Positions 61,910-64,000 of a stretch of 64,000 bases of DNA are shown piece after piece. Positions within the stretch are counted from its first letter, which is position 1. Every line of letters starts with the position of its first letter. Under the pieces are notes generated by a model that did not search any database, had not been told where the DNA came from, and saw only the letters and a list, made by a program, of their open reading frames with translations. Origin of the DNA: a virus. The position numbers and the translations under genes are program-made. Location: IMG/VR virus record IMGVR_UViG_3300047489_000453, positions 1 through 64,000 of that record, one strand, 5' to 3'.

Positions 61910-64000
61910 ATGTCGAGTTCAAAGAAGTCAAGTGCCGTGGCAACTCAAAAAGTAAAAAAGAGAGACGGCAGAATAGACGAGTTCAACGAAAACAAGATAG
62001 CATCTGCAATCGAGAGATGCTTTAAAAACGGGCTAGGTTGGTCAGACGACGACGCTGCCACGGCTACTGCCAAGGTAACCAAGTCAGTTGTCAACATTCT
62101 CAGCAAAAAAACTGACTCTAATTACGAAGTCGAGGACATCCAAAAGGTAATAATTCAGCAGTTATGGGCCAGAGGATACGACGACGCAGCCACTCAATAC
62201 ACTTTGTTTAAAGAAAAAAGGCGCAATGAGCGACTAGAGACTCCGGTAGATCCCGAGCTTAGAAAAATGGTCGATGACGACAATAAATACTTTCCATCAG
62301 CCCTTCAGTATTACCAGTTTTTAAGTAAGTTTGCCAAATGGAACGAAGAGCTTGGCAGGCGTGAAACGTGGGGCGAGTGTGTTGATAGGGTCATGGATTT
62401 CTTTGCCAAGAACAACTTTTACAAAAAGCTATCAGAGCAAGACAAGAAAGACCTTAAAGAATACCTTCATAGAATGGATGCGACTCCAGCCATGCGCGTC
62501 ATTCAAATGGCAGGACCAGCCTTGGACAGGTGTAACGTAGGTGTTTATAACTGCAGCTATCTTACCATCTCTGACACCAAGTCATTCAGCGAACTGCTTT
62601 ATATCCTAATGCAAGGTACTGGTGCAGGCTTTTCAGTCGAGCGTCAATACGTTAATCAGCTTCCTCCTGTCAGGCGGCAAACTGGCAAGGCTCCAAAGAA
62701 GCTGACTATTATTGACGACACTGAGGGATGGTGTGACGCCCTGACCGCTGGTATTGATGCCTGGTTCAATGGCGAAGACATTGAGTTTGATTACTCAAAA
62801 ATTCGACCAGCTGGAACAAGGCTCAAAACCAAAGGCGGCAGGGCTAGTGGGCCTGGTCCACTTATGGAGCTTATGTCATTCGCTCGTAACCTTATCCTGT
62901 CTAGACAGGGCCAGTCCCTTACTGACATCGACTGCCATGATCTTGCTTGCAAGGTAGGCAAGATAGTACAGGTGGGAGGTGTAAGGCGTGCCAGTGAGAT
63001 CTCTTTAAGTGATCTAAACTCTGTGGAAATGCGTAACGCCAAGGCTGGTTCCTGGTGGACGAATAACCTGCAGAGGACGATGGCTAATAACTCTGCCGTG
63101 TATACAAAGAAGCCGGGAACTATTGAGTTCGTGGAGGAGTGGCTTGCGCTGGCTAAAAGCGGTTCAGGCGAACGAGGTATCTTTAATAGGGAAGGTGTTA
63201 ATAAGGCCCTTCCTGAAAGAAGGAAGCCTTGGACTTTCGGAACAAATCCCTGCGCCGAAATAATTTTGAGACCTTACCAGTTTTGCAACCTTTCCATTGT
63301 AGTTGCCAGGGAAAACGACACGCCTGAAAGCCTTGCTAAAAAGGTTCGTATCGCAACTATCTTTGGAACCATGCAGTCTTGCCTGACAAACTTCAAGTAC
63401 ATTCGTAAAGAATGGAAAGACAACTGTGAGGAAGAAAGACTTCTTGGCGTGGACATTACTGGTCAAATGGACTGCCCTATACTTAGGCCTGGCGCCAAGG
63501 GAAGGGCTGAGCTGCTTGAGAAGCTTAGAGGTATCGTCAACAAGACCAACGAAGAGTACGCAAAGAAGTTCGGTATTCCCAAGTCAGCAGCCGACACATG
63601 CGTTAAGCCGTCAGGTGATAGCGCTGTTATGTTCGGATGCTCTTCGGGTATTCACGCCAGGTTCGCCCAGTACTACATAAGACGCGTTCGTGAGCGAGCA
63701 GACAGCCCAATTGCACATATGCTTATTGACGCTGGTGTGCCTTGGATTGTGGCTCCAGAAGATGCTTCGCTTGTTGCTTTTGAGTTTCCCTGCGCTTCAC
63801 CTAAGGGCGCTATTATCAAGACTCAGCAGACCGCTATTGATCAGCTTGATAATTGGCTTGATTGGAAGCGCCACTGGGCTGAGCATTCTGTGTCTGCTAC
63901 TGTCTATATGGAACAGGATGAATGGCTAGACGCTGGCACCTGGGTTTATAAAAACTTTGATGAGATCTCTGGTATAAGCTTCTTGCCTAGGGACAACGGA
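61910..64000 (+). CDS. nrdJ: Class II (adenosylcobalamin-dependent) ribonucleotide reductase with N-terminal ATP cone, partial
   Basis: AGGAGG RBS. Manual translation: VKKRDGRIDEFNENKI (ATP cone), RRETWGECVDR, YNCSY, LMQGTGAGFSV, GGVRRASEISL, GTNPCAEI..FCNLS, TCVKPSG; open to the window end. Confidence 0.92.
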   Translation, partial: MSSSKKSSAVATQKVKKRDGRIDEFNENKIASAIERCFKNGLGWSDDDAATATAKVTKSVVNILSKKTDSNYEVEDIQKVIIQQLWARGYDDAATQYTLFKEKRRNERLETPVDPELRKMVDDDNKYFPSALQYYQFLSKFAKWNEELGRRETWGECVDRVMDFFAKNNFYKKLSEQDKKDLKEYLHRMDATPAMRVIQMAGPALDRCNVGVYNCSYLTISDTKSFSELLYILMQGTGAGFSVERQYVNQLPPVRRQTGKAPKKLTIIDDTEGWCDALTAGIDAWFNGEDIEFDYSKIRPAGTRLKTKGGRASGPGPLMELMSFARNLILSRQGQSLTDIDCHDLACKVGKIVQVGGVRRASEISLSDLNSVEMRNAKAGSWWTNNLQRTMANNSAVYTKKPGTIEFVEEWLALAKSGSGERGIFNREGVNKALPERRKPWTFGTNPCAEIILRPYQFCNLSIVVARENDTPESLAKKVRIATIFGTMQSCLTNFKYIRKEWKDNCEEERLLGVDITGQMDCPILRPGAKGRAELLEKLRGIVNKTNEEYAKKFGIPKSAADTCVKPSGDSAVMFGCSSGIHARFAQYYIRRVRERADSPIAHMLIDAGVPWIVAPEDASLVAFEFPCASPKGAIIKTQQTAIDQLDNWLDWKRHWAEHSVSATVYMEQDEWLDAGTWVYKNFDEISGISFLPRDNG

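Noticed and set aside
62331-63929. Short ORFs listed in the last 2 kb
   Set aside because: They are alternative frames of, or antisense to, the continuous nrdJ frame starting at 61910.
1-64000. Stop-codon recoding (alternative genetic code)
   Set aside because: The standard code gives dense, full-length genes, and TAA, TAG and TGA all end genes at sensible boundaries.
1-64000. tRNA/rRNA genes, terminase, portal, integrase
   Set aside because: None recognisable by eye; intergenic gaps are short and lack cloverleaf signatures. A divergent portal among the hypothetical head genes cannot be excluded without a profile search.

Overview
This window is part of a large tailed-phage (myovirus-type, probably jumbo) genome. 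About 61.8 kb is a gene-dense minus-strand virion block. In transcription order it holds: glycine-zipper and K-x-A-motif internal head proteins; a phage multisubunit RNA polymerase in two chains (a beta + beta'-N fusion and a separate beta'-C); an SNF2-type helicase; prohead protease, scaffold, decoration and major capsid proteins; a glycosyltransferase-methyltransferase fusion; neck, HNH, sheath and two tube paralogs; a spike; tail chaperones with a -1 slippery site; tape measure; hub; a sigma70-family factor inside the baseplate genes; gp25- and J-like wedge proteins; a cassette with papain-like and subtilisin-like proteases; and Cys-rich fibre/baseplate paralogs. A divergent plus-strand class II (B12) ribonucleotide reductase with an ATP cone starts at 61910 and runs off the end. 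The standout observation: both RNAP chains and the sigma factor contain no cysteine, both canonical beta' zinc sites are lost, and the helicase's only Cys sits just before a putative K-x-A maturation site. This suggests a virion-packaged, ejected, bacterial-type transcription holoenzyme. All calls rest on motif recognition and synteny by eye; no searches were run.
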